Shown here piece after piece: positions 1 to 9,806 of a DNA stretch of 37,680 nt. The position numbers and the translations under genes were made by a program. The stretch comes from Octopus sinensis. Lineage: Eukaryota. Under the pieces are notes generated by a model. That model did no database searches, was not told the origin of the DNA, and saw nothing but the letters and a program-made list of their open reading frames with translations. Location of the stretch: assembly GCF_006345805.1 (NCBI RefSeq), contig NW_021835875.1:1-37680 (forward strand). The letters are read 5' to 3'. Every line of letters starts with the position of its first letter. Positions within the stretch are counted from its first letter, which is position 1.

Positions 1-45
1 GTGTTTATATGTAATATATATATATAATATATATATAATATAATA

Positions 46-158
46 TCACGGTGATCACATAACCAGCCAGGCTATCAGATGTTGCTACACATCGCTAGTC
101 ACAATGCACTCGCATTGTTTTAGCCTACAAATGACGCCCACTCCGCTGGTTAAGCGAG
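46..158 (-). mobile_element. 3' tail fragment of tRNA-derived SINE family C
   Basis: Reverse complement matches the tail of the full-length copy at 17217-17516 (GGCTAAAACAATGCGA...GCATTGTGAC(C/T)AGCGATGTGTA...GTGATCAC). Confidence 0.85.
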
Positions 159-202
159 AAGGACTATATATATATACATATACATATATAATACTAATAT
201 AT

Positions 203-430
203 TAAGGCGGCGAGCTGGCAGAATCGTTAGCACGCCGGGCGAAATGCGTAGCCGTATTTCGCCTGCTGTTACGTTCTGAGTTTCAATTCCGCCGAGGTCG
301 ACTTTGCCTTTCATCCTTTCGGGTCGATAAATAAAGTACCAGTTACGCACTGGGGACGTGTATTGACTTAATCCCTTTGTCTGTCTTTGTTTGTCCCCTC
401 TATGTTTTAGCCCCTTGTGGGCAATAAAGA
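203..430 (+). mobile_element. tRNA-derived SINE family A (CORE-SINE-like; resembles octopus OR2-type)
   Basis: Head GGCGGCGAGCTGGCAGAATCG (A box) and GAGTTTCAATTCC (B box-like), central TTGCCTTTCATCCTTTCGGGTCGATAAA, tail TTTAGCCCCTTGTGGG. More than 10 copies in the window. Family name is from memory. Confidence 0.85.
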
Positions 431-445
431 TATATATATATTTAT

Positions 446-638
446 ATTTATTTTATAGAAGGAGCTTCTACAGGACTAGTACTGTTTCATTCAAAGAAAT
501 CATCAGGAAGCTCCTGATGATTTCTTTGAATGAAACAGTTCTAGTCCTGTAGAATTCCTTCTATAAAATAAATTAATTTACTCTGCTATGTATTGAGTAC
601 CTTTATTTACTGTGGTTCCCCGACTCAACCGGGACCTA
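446..638. mobile_element. Fold-back Penelope-LTR-like fragment with hammerhead cores on both strands
   Basis: Arms 446-508 and 512-573 are near-perfect reverse complements around loop AGC. Right arm has CTGATGA (514-520), GAAA (532-535), GTC (544-546), then AATAAA and a TTACTCT..GTATTGAGTAC tail similar to the 11738-11969 element. Flanked by (TA)n. Confidence 0.7.
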
Positions 639-701
639 TATATATATATATATATATAATATATATTATATTATATATATATATATATAAAGTATATATA
701 T

Positions 702-790
702 ACGATGGGCTTCTTTCAGTTTCCGTCTACCAAATCCATCACAATGTGGTTGGTAAGCAAGCTGCTATCCACACACCCATGCCTGCTCCT
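702..790 (-). mobile_element. Internally deleted SINE family B fragment
   Basis: GGGCTTCTTTCAGTTTCCGTCTACCAAATCC and GTGGTTGGTAAGCAAGCT match the full copy at 8497-8892. Confidence 0.8.
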
Positions 791-1110
791 ATATATATGT
801 GTGTGTGTGTGTGTGTTGTGTGTGTGTACATATATATATTTGTGTATGTGTGTGTGTGTCATATATATATATGTACACACATACATACATATAATAATAT
901 ATAATATAATCTATATATATATATATTATATATATGTATGTTGTATGTATGTATGTATGTAATTGTTTTATATGTGTTTGCTTATTTGTTGTATGTATAT
1001 TAACGTACATGTTTTGTTTTTATGTCGAATTTCAATATAACCATTTTACATTAGACTGAAATTATTCAATATGTTTTGTACAGTGCATATTTATTACTGT
1101 TTAAGAAGAT

Positions 1111-1196
1111 TAGTGCTGTCAGGCGACTGAGCCTTCAATGAGCAGTGTCCGATAAGGCTAGGTAAGCCGAAACTTCGAAAGTCACTATCAGCACTA
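1111..1196 (+). ncRNA. Decayed type I hammerhead ribozyme (core mutated)
   Basis: CCGATAA (1149-1155, two changes from CTGATGA); stem II GGCT/AGCC; GAAA 1169-1172; stem III ACTT-CGA-AAGT; GTC 1181-1183; distal stem TAGTGCTG (1111-1118) / CAGCACTA (1189-1196). Confidence 0.55.
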
Positions 1197-1200
1197 TTCT

Positions 1201-1540
1201 GGCAGAATCTATCGCACGCCGGGCAAAATGCTTTGCGACATTTCGTACGTCTTTACGTTCTGAGTTCAAATTCCGTCCGCCGAGGTGGACTTTGCCTTTC
1301 ATCCTTTTGGTGTTGATAAAATAAGCACCAGTTGACTACAGTAATCAATGTAATTCGCTTACCCCTCTTAGCGGCATTTCGTCCGTCTTTAAGATCTGAG
1401 TTCAAATTCCGCCGAAGTCGACTTTGCCTTTTATCCTTTCGGAGGAGGGGTTGATAAAGTAAGTACCAGTTGAATACTGGGGTAAATGCAATCGGCTTAC
1501 CGAATCCCTGAACTTGCTGGTCAAAATTTGAAACCAATAC
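1201..1540 (+). mobile_element. Two tandem partial SINE family A copies
   Basis: Two occurrences of CTGAGTTCAAATTCCG...ACTTTGCCTTT followed by the GATAAA..AAG(C/T)ACCAGTTG core, ending in the AAAATTTGAAACC tail. Confidence 0.8.
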
Positions 1541-1954
1541 TCTAAAATATTGTATATATCTGACATATGAACCCCCATCAACGTTTTAAAATGTTACTAT
1601 ATTTCCTTCCTTTGTTTCAAAAACAGAATTCAAATTTCTTCCTTGGTCGTATGATTTATTTGTCATTATATATTGTGTAGAAAAGCAAGAAAAATACATC
1701 TCAGTATATTCGCTAAAGTGATTTTTACTGTGAAAAAATGCAATTAAGGGGGAGTTAATTCATTCTAAACCTTCGACACATTTAACTGAAAGATTACGGA
1801 GCGATTAGATACGCACCTGTTAAGAAACATGGTACAAAATATTTAAACCGATTTTTCTGATATATATATATATATATATAATATATATATGTATATATTT
1901 ATAATAAGGATAATATCGATATTTAAATATCTCTCAGACACCCTTATTTTTAGC

Positions 1955-2012
<58 letters not shown>

Positions 2013-2049
2013 ATATACATACACACAATACATAATATATATACACTAT

Positions 2050-2250
2050 ACACATAAAGTTAATCCAACATGGAAACACAACACGAGGACGTGGAAAAGT
2101 ATAATATTATTGGACGCTCATGAAAGAAGGAAATAAGGAGGTTTAACGTTTCGAGCGGAGCTCTTCGTCAGAAACATAGAACAGGAAAGATCCAAAGAAG
2201 GGAAGGCGGAGGAAAAAAATCGCCAACGGTACACACGCGGTCCACATTAT
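2050..2250 (-). mobile_element. Short hammerhead-bearing Penelope-LTR-like element
   Basis: Between (TA)n tracts. The minus strand carries the HHR at 2141-2175, followed by a tail (TGAGCGTCCAATAA..TTCCACGTCCTCG..CATGTTGG) that recurs at 32333-32415 (+). Confidence 0.7.
2141..2175 (-). ncRNA. Minimal type I hammerhead ribozyme
   Basis: Minus strand reads GTTT CTGACGA A GAGC TCC GCTC GAAA CG T T AAAC. Stem I GTTT/AAAC, stem II GAGC/GCTC, palindromic AACGTT in place of stem III, extra A after A9. Confidence 0.7.
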
Positions 2251-2416
2251 ATATATATATATATATAATATATATACGTCACGATGTGGTACCGCTACTG
2301 TATATAACTCACTTTGATATTTATCATTGTTTTGATTTCACTTTTTCAATATCAGCGACAGTGGACGCTGGAAAAAAGATAAGTATTTGTGAAGGAAATC
2401 TAATTTCGGCGACAAC

Positions 2417-2479
2417 TATGATTGTCACACTCGCTGACGAGAGGTCAATACCTCGAAACTCGAGTCCGTGTGTATCATA
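2417..2479 (+). ncRNA. Type I hammerhead ribozyme, copy 1
   Basis: CTGACGA 2434-2440; stem II GAGGT-CAAT-ACCTC 2441-2454; GAAA 2455-2458; palindromic stem III ACTCGAGT 2458-2465; GTC cleavage triplet 2464-2466; stem I ACACTCG/CGTGTGT with one T-T mismatch; distal TATGAT/ATCATA. Confidence 0.88.
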
Positions 2480-2767
2480 AGTTGAAGACGGAAGGATGAC
2501 TTCTCTTTGCAAATACTGACAGGACACAGAAAGTGTGTCTATGGCCAGTGGAGGAGTGTGTCCTCTGGGGCTAAAAACTACAGTAGCATCCACCCTTAGG
2601 GGTAGCCATATTGAAATGGCAAATATACGTCACGATGTGTTACCGCTACTGTATATAACGCACTTGATATTTATCATTGTTTGATTTCACTTTTTCAATA
2701 TCAGCGACAGTGGACGCTGGAAAAAAAGATAAGTATTTGTGAAGGAAATCTAATTCTCGGCGACAAC

Positions 2768-2827
2768 TATGATTGTCACACGCTGACGAGAGGTCATACC
2801 TCGAAACTCGAGTCCGTGTGTATCATA
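2768..2827 (+). ncRNA. Type I hammerhead ribozyme, copy 2
   Basis: CTGACGA 2783-2789; stem II GAGGT-CAT-ACCTC 2790-2802; GAAA 2803-2806; ACTCGAGT; GTC 2812-2814; perfect 6-bp stem I CACACG/CGTGTG plus distal TATGAT/ATCATA. Confidence 0.9.
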
Positions 2828-3114
2828 AGTTGAAGACGGGAAGGATGACTTCCTTTGCAAATACTGACAGGACACAGAAAAGTGTGTCTATGGCCAGCTG
2901 GAGGAGTGTTCCTCCTGGGGCTAAAAACACAGTAGCATCCACCCTTAGGGGTAGCCATATTGAAATAGCAAATATACGTCACGATATATATATATATATG
3001 TAATAGGGTTCAGCTAACTGCTTCACCACATACGAAATTAGAAAAGGAGTAAAAATTCCTTTTCTACTACAATAAGAATCACCATGACGGTAAACATACT
3101 TTTTTTACGAAGGC

Positions 3115-3147
<33 letters not shown>

Positions 3148-3417
3148 TATATATACGCACACAACAACTTTCATACCCTCCTATGCCACACAGGATAATT
3201 TTATCATTCGGATTTTCTAGAAATTAGTTACGTACTCTTTGCATTATTCTACTTTGTAATTATTTACTATGTAGACTGATAGCCAAATCTGCAAGAAAAG
3301 CGTATTATGGTACACACACACACACACCCAAAACACACCCACCTACTCATACACACACTCACACACATACACACACACACACACACACCCACAACACACC
3401 AATTATTATAATTTGCA

Positions 3418-3530
3418 TGGCCTAGTAGTTAGGAGTATTGCACACGCGGTCGCTTGCTGGTGTGCTCGATTCCCATACCGAGAGGCGCGTTGTATTCTTG
3501 AGCAAAACACTTCATTTCACGTTGCTCCAG
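3418..3530 (+). mobile_element. Degenerate 5' part of SINE family D
   Basis: TGGCCTAGTAGTTAGG (A box), CTCGATTCC (B box), TTGTATTCTTGAGCAAAACACTT..CACGTTGCTCCAG shared with 11005-11285. Confidence 0.65.
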
Positions 3531-3737
3531 TTTCCCTTTCCGCTGAATTTTTCTGTAGAGAACATTCTTTCTTTGTAGTTTGATCGTAGGTGATCTATTT
3601 CTAGCATATGGCTGTCCACATAGTGGTTTTTAGCCCTAAAATATACACATTCATTAGAATTTTCTCTGATTTTTTCAGATTTTTGTATGCTAGGCTACTG
3701 GTTTTTAAATTGATATTAATTAAATTAATATATTTAA

Positions 3738-3789
<52 letters not shown>

Positions 3790-4127
3790 GTGGTGTATGT
3801 ATGTATACATATATACATACATGACAATGTGTATATCGTTACAATTTCCAGAACAAACAGTTGAGTCTACTGAGAGATTCGCACAACCACACACACGCAC
3901 CGCTCACAAGAAAGTATAAACAGGTGGGATTAAAAGAAAAAAAATCATAGAAAAAAGAAGAAAAAAAAACCTAGTAGATTTTCTGAAACTATGCAGTTGA
4001 GTAGACAATCCTGGAGTTGGTATACATCCATACCGACATTTCAATGTATTTTTCTTCCAACATTCATTTCAATTCGCTCATATACATATATATATATATA
4101 TATTATATATGATATATATATATAATA

Positions 4128-4193
<66 letters not shown>

Positions 4194-6089
4194 AATGTAT
4201 GTGTGTTGTCTGTTAACCTTCACTAAGAAAGCAAATCGTCTTTCAATTGCTTCCACAATTCCTATATTTATTATTTTTGCCATTTCTTTAGACCTATATT
4301 ATATTTCTTCCGCTTTCGCTCAATTTCTTTCACATGCTATTTTATCCATTAATTCGTACGAAATATCTTTCTTTCTTTTTTTTTTTCTTTTTTCTTTTTT
4401 CTTGTAGTTACATTTAAGCAAAGCTCTTATTATTTTCATTTATATTTCAATTTCTGTTTTTTTTTCATCGTTACTTCTTCATTGTCCTTTCTTTGTCGTT
4501 TTATCGAAGTTCTTTTTGCTCTTAGTAGTATATTTCATTTTTTTTTTTCCCATTTTTTTTTTTTTTTTGTTACAAAAACTGTTTTCCAAAGCCTAGAATC
4601 AGCTACATCCTAAAATACAAAAGGATTAAAAAAAAAAAAGATGTACTCCTTTCGTTATAAAAGAAATATTTCATTTACTCTCTAAGATTTTTTTCTTTAT
4701 ATTTTTCCCAAATCCTATTTCTCTCTTTATTTCATTCTATATCAGCACTCTCCATTTTCTCTTTTTATCTCTTTCAATTCAGAAGTATTATTTTTTTTTT
4801 ATCTCATTAAGTTTCTCTTTTTCTCTTCTTTCGCACCAACATTTCCTCCTCATTTTTCTTTACTTTTCTCCTTTCGGTTCGGTTCTTTACCATTCTTGCT
4901 TTTACCTCACTTTTTTTTTTTTCTCTACTCAACCTGTCCGTTAGTTTCATACCAACTTACTTTTTGTAACTGCCGATTTGAAACGCCAGTTGGGTTGCAA
5001 AATAATGCGATGTACGATACCTGATTAGATACGGCAGAAAATCTTACAAAATTACCAAAAAGTGAATTGAAATTAGCTATTAAAAAACGCACAAAATATA
5101 AACAAGAAAGAATAAGAACCATTAAAAATAACAAATAAAAGGTAAAGAATCGTCATTCTCCTGGTTGTATTTTTTTTGTGGGGGGGGGGGGTTTACATTT
5201 CTTTTATTTCTCCCCCATTCCATCTCATTTCATCTTCACCTAAAACGGCATAAAATAAAATAAAGTATTCTTTTTCTCCAATCGTTAAAGACAAGTAAAT
5301 CTCTTGTGATAGCAAGTCTTTTCTTGAAAGTTAGTGATGAAATTTTCATTTGTCATTCGGTATAGAAAGAGTTTTATGTCTCTAGATTGTCGCCGCGCCG
5401 CCACACAATTGATTGTTGGTTCAAAGTTATTTCATGATCTGCTTTTTATTAATTGAGTTTTTTTTTTTTTTCAAAAGAACAAAAAAAAAAGAACAAAAAA
5501 AACCCAGCCTGTTCTTTTTGTTTTTGTTCTTTTATTTTCTTCTCAGCCATTCCATCTCTAACCATGCAATAAAAAAGGAAAAAAGAAACAAACACAAAAA
5601 CATGAGAGAGAGAGAGAGAGAGGGAGGGAGCAATAACAATGGAGCAAAAATAAAGATAATAGAGGAACTTAACCAAAGATAAAGAATGAATTGGCAGTAA
5701 GAATATTTCTAGATATGCGTCATATGTTCTTTGGACTTTATATATATATACATACATAGATACATAGATACAAACAAACACACACACACACACATATATA
5801 TATATATGTATATATATATATATGTATTCATATACACACATATGTATATATATATGTATTCATATACACACACACATATATATGTATGTGTGTAGTGTGG
5901 GCGGATGATTGAATTTGTGTGAGTGTGTGTGTATGTGAGGGAGAGAGAGAGAAGGACAGGATGAAAAATAGGAAGGAAATTTAACAACAAAATCAACAAC
6001 ATTTTTATATGCATTTATGTTATTTATTTTATTTATTTTACAAGTAAATACATACGATGAAATAAAATTCATATATATATATATATATA

Positions 6090-6120
6090 TATATAGATAG
6101 ATAGATAGATAGATAGATAT

Positions 6121-6190
<70 letters not shown>

Positions 6191-6202
6191 GTATATATAT
6201 AT

Positions 6203-6236
<34 letters not shown>
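6090..6236. repeat. (ATAG)n microsatellite
   Basis: Direct reading. Confidence 0.95.
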
Positions 6237-6237
<1 letters not shown>

Positions 6238-6419
6238 TACACACATACATAAATACATGCAGACAGGCATACTTAAACTCACACTAACAGATAGATACAC
6301 ACATATACACACACACACACACATTTTAATACACAATTCTTAATATTCGTATTGGTGTTCACGTCCATAAATCCAAGAAAAGAACTTCGATCCAAACACC
6401 AATAATGTTTGTAGTTATG

Positions 6420-6437
6420 CTGCAACTGCTGCTGCTG

Positions 6438-6494
<57 letters not shown>

Positions 6495-6711
6495 CTACTA
6501 CTACAACTACTACTACTACTGCTACTACTACTGCTGCTGCTGCTACTACTACTACTACTACTATTACTACTACTACTACTGCTAATACTACTACTACTAC
6601 TACTACTACTAACTACTTCTACTACTACTACTACTAACTACTACTGCTACTACTACTACTACTACTACTACTACTAACTACTTCTACTACTACTACTACT
6701 AACTACTACTG

Positions 6712-6743
<32 letters not shown>

Positions 6744-6811
6744 GCTAATACTACTACTACTACTACTACTACTTCTACTACTACTACTACTACTAACTAC
6801 TACTACTGCTG

Positions 6812-6865
<54 letters not shown>
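6420..6865. repeat. (CTA)n/(CTG)n microsatellite
   Basis: Direct reading; source of the poly-L/T/Y ORF 6405-6677. Confidence 0.95.
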
Positions 6866-7339
6866 GCGGATATTGTTAATAAATGATGTTTAATAGTATT
6901 CAAAAAACGATGTGGCTTTTGGAGGCTGAATAGTGTTTTAGCTATTAGTAACGATAAGTACCTCAAGTTGTATGATCATAAACGACAAGTGCATAAGTAT
7001 TATTATGATCATCATATGGGTTTTTGAAAAGTGCTTAACCTCAATGTCTGGCAATCCAGTAAAATAATCTCGACATGATCACCTTGCCTCGTTTATAACT
7101 AGTAATAAAAAATCTTCCTGAAAAGAAATTCGAAGGTCGTATTTGAATAAAAGATCTTCGATACGCTACGCTTGAAAAAAGAAGACAAGATGATGCATGC
7201 GATGGTTACGACTAAAACGATTTTTGATTTAAAGGGAGGTCTGTTTGTTGGTTGGTTGATAAGGACCGACCTAGGGCTAAATATCTTTTTTTTTCCTCTT
7301 CTTCTTCTTCCTCCTCTTTCTGCACCTCATCATCGTTAT

Positions 7340-7715
7340 CGTCAAAAAGAAGAAGACGAAAAAGAAGAGGAGGCAGAGGAAGTAGAAAAGAAGAAGAGGA
7401 GGGAAGAAGTGGAAGAAGAGGAGGAAGAAGAAGAAAAAGAAGAGGAGGAGGAAGAAAAAGAAGAAGAAGAAGAATAAGAAGAAGAGGAAGGAGAAGAAAA
7501 AGAAGGAAAATAACTAATAAAGAAAAAGAAGACGAAGAAGAAGGGAGAAGAAGAAGAAGAAGAGAAGAAGAAGAAGAGAAGAAGAGAAGAAGAAGAAGAA
7601 GAAGAAGAAGAAGAAGAAGAAGAAGAAGAAGAAGAAGAAGAAGAAGAAGAAGAAGAAGAAACAACACCAACAACAATAAGAATAGCGACAGCAACAGCAA
7701 TAGCAACAACACCAG
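7340..7715. repeat. (GAA/GAG)n purine-rich tract grading into (CAA)n
   Basis: Direct reading; source of the poly-E, poly-R and poly-L ORFs. Confidence 0.95.
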
Positions 7716-7891
7716 TGGCACTAAGAGCCTAGAGTTTGTCGCAGCAACAAACTACGCTTCTCGAATTCTTTGGTGATCGTTTAATTTGAGACTTTACGCC
7801 TCGTTGTGAAAACTTGTAGTCTGAAATGATCTGTGATTTGCAGTGTTTGGTTACAACCGTCCACTCAGCCGAGTGTGACCTTAAAGCATGT

Positions 7892-8277
7892 GGAAGCACT
7901 CCGTCGGTTACGACGATGAGGGTTCCGGTTGATCCGAATCAACGGAACAGCCTGCTCGTGAAATTAACGTGTAAGTGGCTGAGCACTCCACAGACACGTG
8001 TACCCTTAACGTAGTTCTCGGGGATATTCAGCGTGACACAGAGAGTGACAAGGCCGGCCCTTTGAAATACAAGGTACAACAGAAACAGGAAGTAAGAGTG
8101 AGAGAAAGTTGTGGTGAAAGAGTACAGCAGGGAACACCACCATCCCCTGCCGGAGGCTCGTGGAGCTTTTAGGTGTTTTCGCTCAATAAACACTCAAAAC
8201 GCCCGGTCTGGGAATCGAAACCGCGATCCTATGACCGCGAGTCCGCTACCCTAACCACTGGGCCATTGCGCCTCCAC
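7892..8277 (-). mobile_element. Full-length SINE family C, long-tail variant, with TSD
   Basis: tRNA-Arg-like head GTGGAGGCGCAATGGCCCAGTGG...GGTTTCGATTCC. Flanking direct repeat (AC)CTTAAAGCATGT at 7878-7891 and 8276-8289. Confidence 0.9.
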
Positions 8278-8496
8278 CTTAAAGCATGTACAATGCTTTC
8301 GATAATTGTTTTAGGTCTCTCTGTAACTACGAGCAGTCACACGCATCCTTTTGGCTTTTCCCACTCTTAACACTGCAGATCATTCAGGATATGAATGTTA
8401 GAGGGAGAGTAGGCGTCCCATGTAATCACTTGGTACTCATTTTAGCCGAACGGATTGGAGCAATATGACATGAAATACTTGGTCACAGGACATACT

Positions 8497-8892
8497 CTTT
8501 ACTCTTTTACTCTTTTACTTGTTTCAGTCATTTGACAGCGGCCATGCTGGAGCACCGCCTTTAGTGGAGCAAATCGACTTATTCTTTGTAAGCCCAGTAC
8601 TTATTCTATCGGTTTCTTTTGCCAAACCGCTAAGTGTCGGGGACGTAAACACACCAGCATCGATTTTCAAGCAATGCTAGGGGGACAAACACAGACACAC
8701 AAACATATACACACAACATATACATATATACGACAGGCTTCTTTCAGTTTCCGTCTACCAAATCCACTCACAAGGCATTGGTCGGCCCGGGGCTATAGCA
8801 GAAGACACTTGCCCAAGATGCCACGCAGTGGGACTGAACCCGGAACCATGTGGTTGGTAAACAAGCTACTTACCACACAGCCACTCCTGCGC
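8497..8892 (-). mobile_element. Full-length SINE family B (~400 bp; octopus OK/OR1-like)
   Basis: Head GCGCAGGAGTGGCTGTGTGGTAAG..GGTTCAGTCCC, internal CA/TA microsatellite, tail GCTCCAGCATGGCCGC..TGACTGAAACAAG(TAAAAGAG)n. Confidence 0.9.
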
Positions 8893-9759
8893 ATGTTTCA
8901 TAAACCAGTCCAATAATTGAATATGTTGCGATCGTGAGTTGGACGCCTTAACCGCGAATTCATGCGCCTCCATGCAGCTTATGATAATTCTGTCAAAACT
9001 GAATGATTCATTTACTAAGCTAATATCGTCTTAAGAGATTCTTAAATGCATAATTGAGTGAGATACTTGTAGAATGGGTGGATATTAGTAATTCGAGGCG
9101 AAAAATCGAAAGATGCTTTAGGGTAAAAAAAATTCCCTGCAGTATTCGTTTCGGCTTTTTGCGCTCTGAGTTCTAATTTTACCAGTTTTAGCTTTGCCTT
9201 TCATCGTTTCGAGGTTGATAAAAATGCAAGCACCAGAGCAGGGCTGTAAATTAGCGGAATTGTTGGAGAGTCGGACCATTTGTCTTGCGGTATCTGTTCC
9301 GGAGCTGCACATTCTGAGTTCTTGGTCGGTAGACTTAAAATGTCTGATTTAACACTGTCTTTAAGTGCCTTTAGTAGAGTTCATCGTCTTACAAACATTA
9401 GAACTATATCCCCAATATTATGAAAATTTCCTGCATTTATTCCTAATAAGAGGGGCTCAGGAAAAAAAAAAGGTGCGGGGAGTGATGGGTGCTTCTCTTC
9501 CCTTCTTGATTAAGCGGTTAAAAAAGATTATTTAAAGCTACAAATCATCGTGCCTTAAAGAAAACATACGAGCCCTTAATGTTAAGAGACTTGGTACATT
9601 AATGGGAAATTTATTACAGAAGCAGTTAAGTACTGGACGCTTATTTTATTTTTTTTGCGTGGTATGAAACGATGGGACATACCAGCAGATGGTTTTTTTC
9701 AGCATCATACATATAGTTATAGACAGCGATTTAGCTTCTATCGGGCCTCGCTCGGCTAT

Positions 9760-9806
9760 GCGGTATTGACAAGCCACAAAAATGACAAAACATCGATGTC
9801 TATCAC
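9760..9806 (+). ncRNA. Possible fossil type I hammerhead
   Basis: GCGGTA TTGACAA GCCA-CAAAAA-TGAC AAAA CATCGATG TC TATCAC: correct module order and a perfect palindrome ACATCGATGT, but three core substitutions. Confidence 0.35.

Larger units (their letters stand above)
2273..2985 (+). repeat. Head-to-tail dimer of a ~350-bp hammerhead-containing unit (retrozyme / Penelope pseudo-LTR-like)
   Basis: CGTCACGAT recurs at 2277, 2628 and 2977 (periods 351 and 349): two near-identical units plus a 13-bp terminal redundancy TATACGTCACGAT. (TA)n on both flanks. Confidence 0.92.

Noticed and set aside
2273-2985. CRISPR-like or LTR-retrotransposon interpretation of the direct repeat
   Set aside because: No spacers and no internal region, PBS or PPT; the units are directly adjacent and the context is eukaryotic.
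2286-3003. Short ORFs within the 350-bp dimer
   Set aside because: Frames are not preserved between the two copies because of single-base indels. Some indels may be sequencing errors, so copy divergence was not used for dating.
6405-7776. Poly-Leu, poly-Glu and poly-Arg ORFs
   Set aside because: (CTA)n and (GAA)n microsatellite translations.
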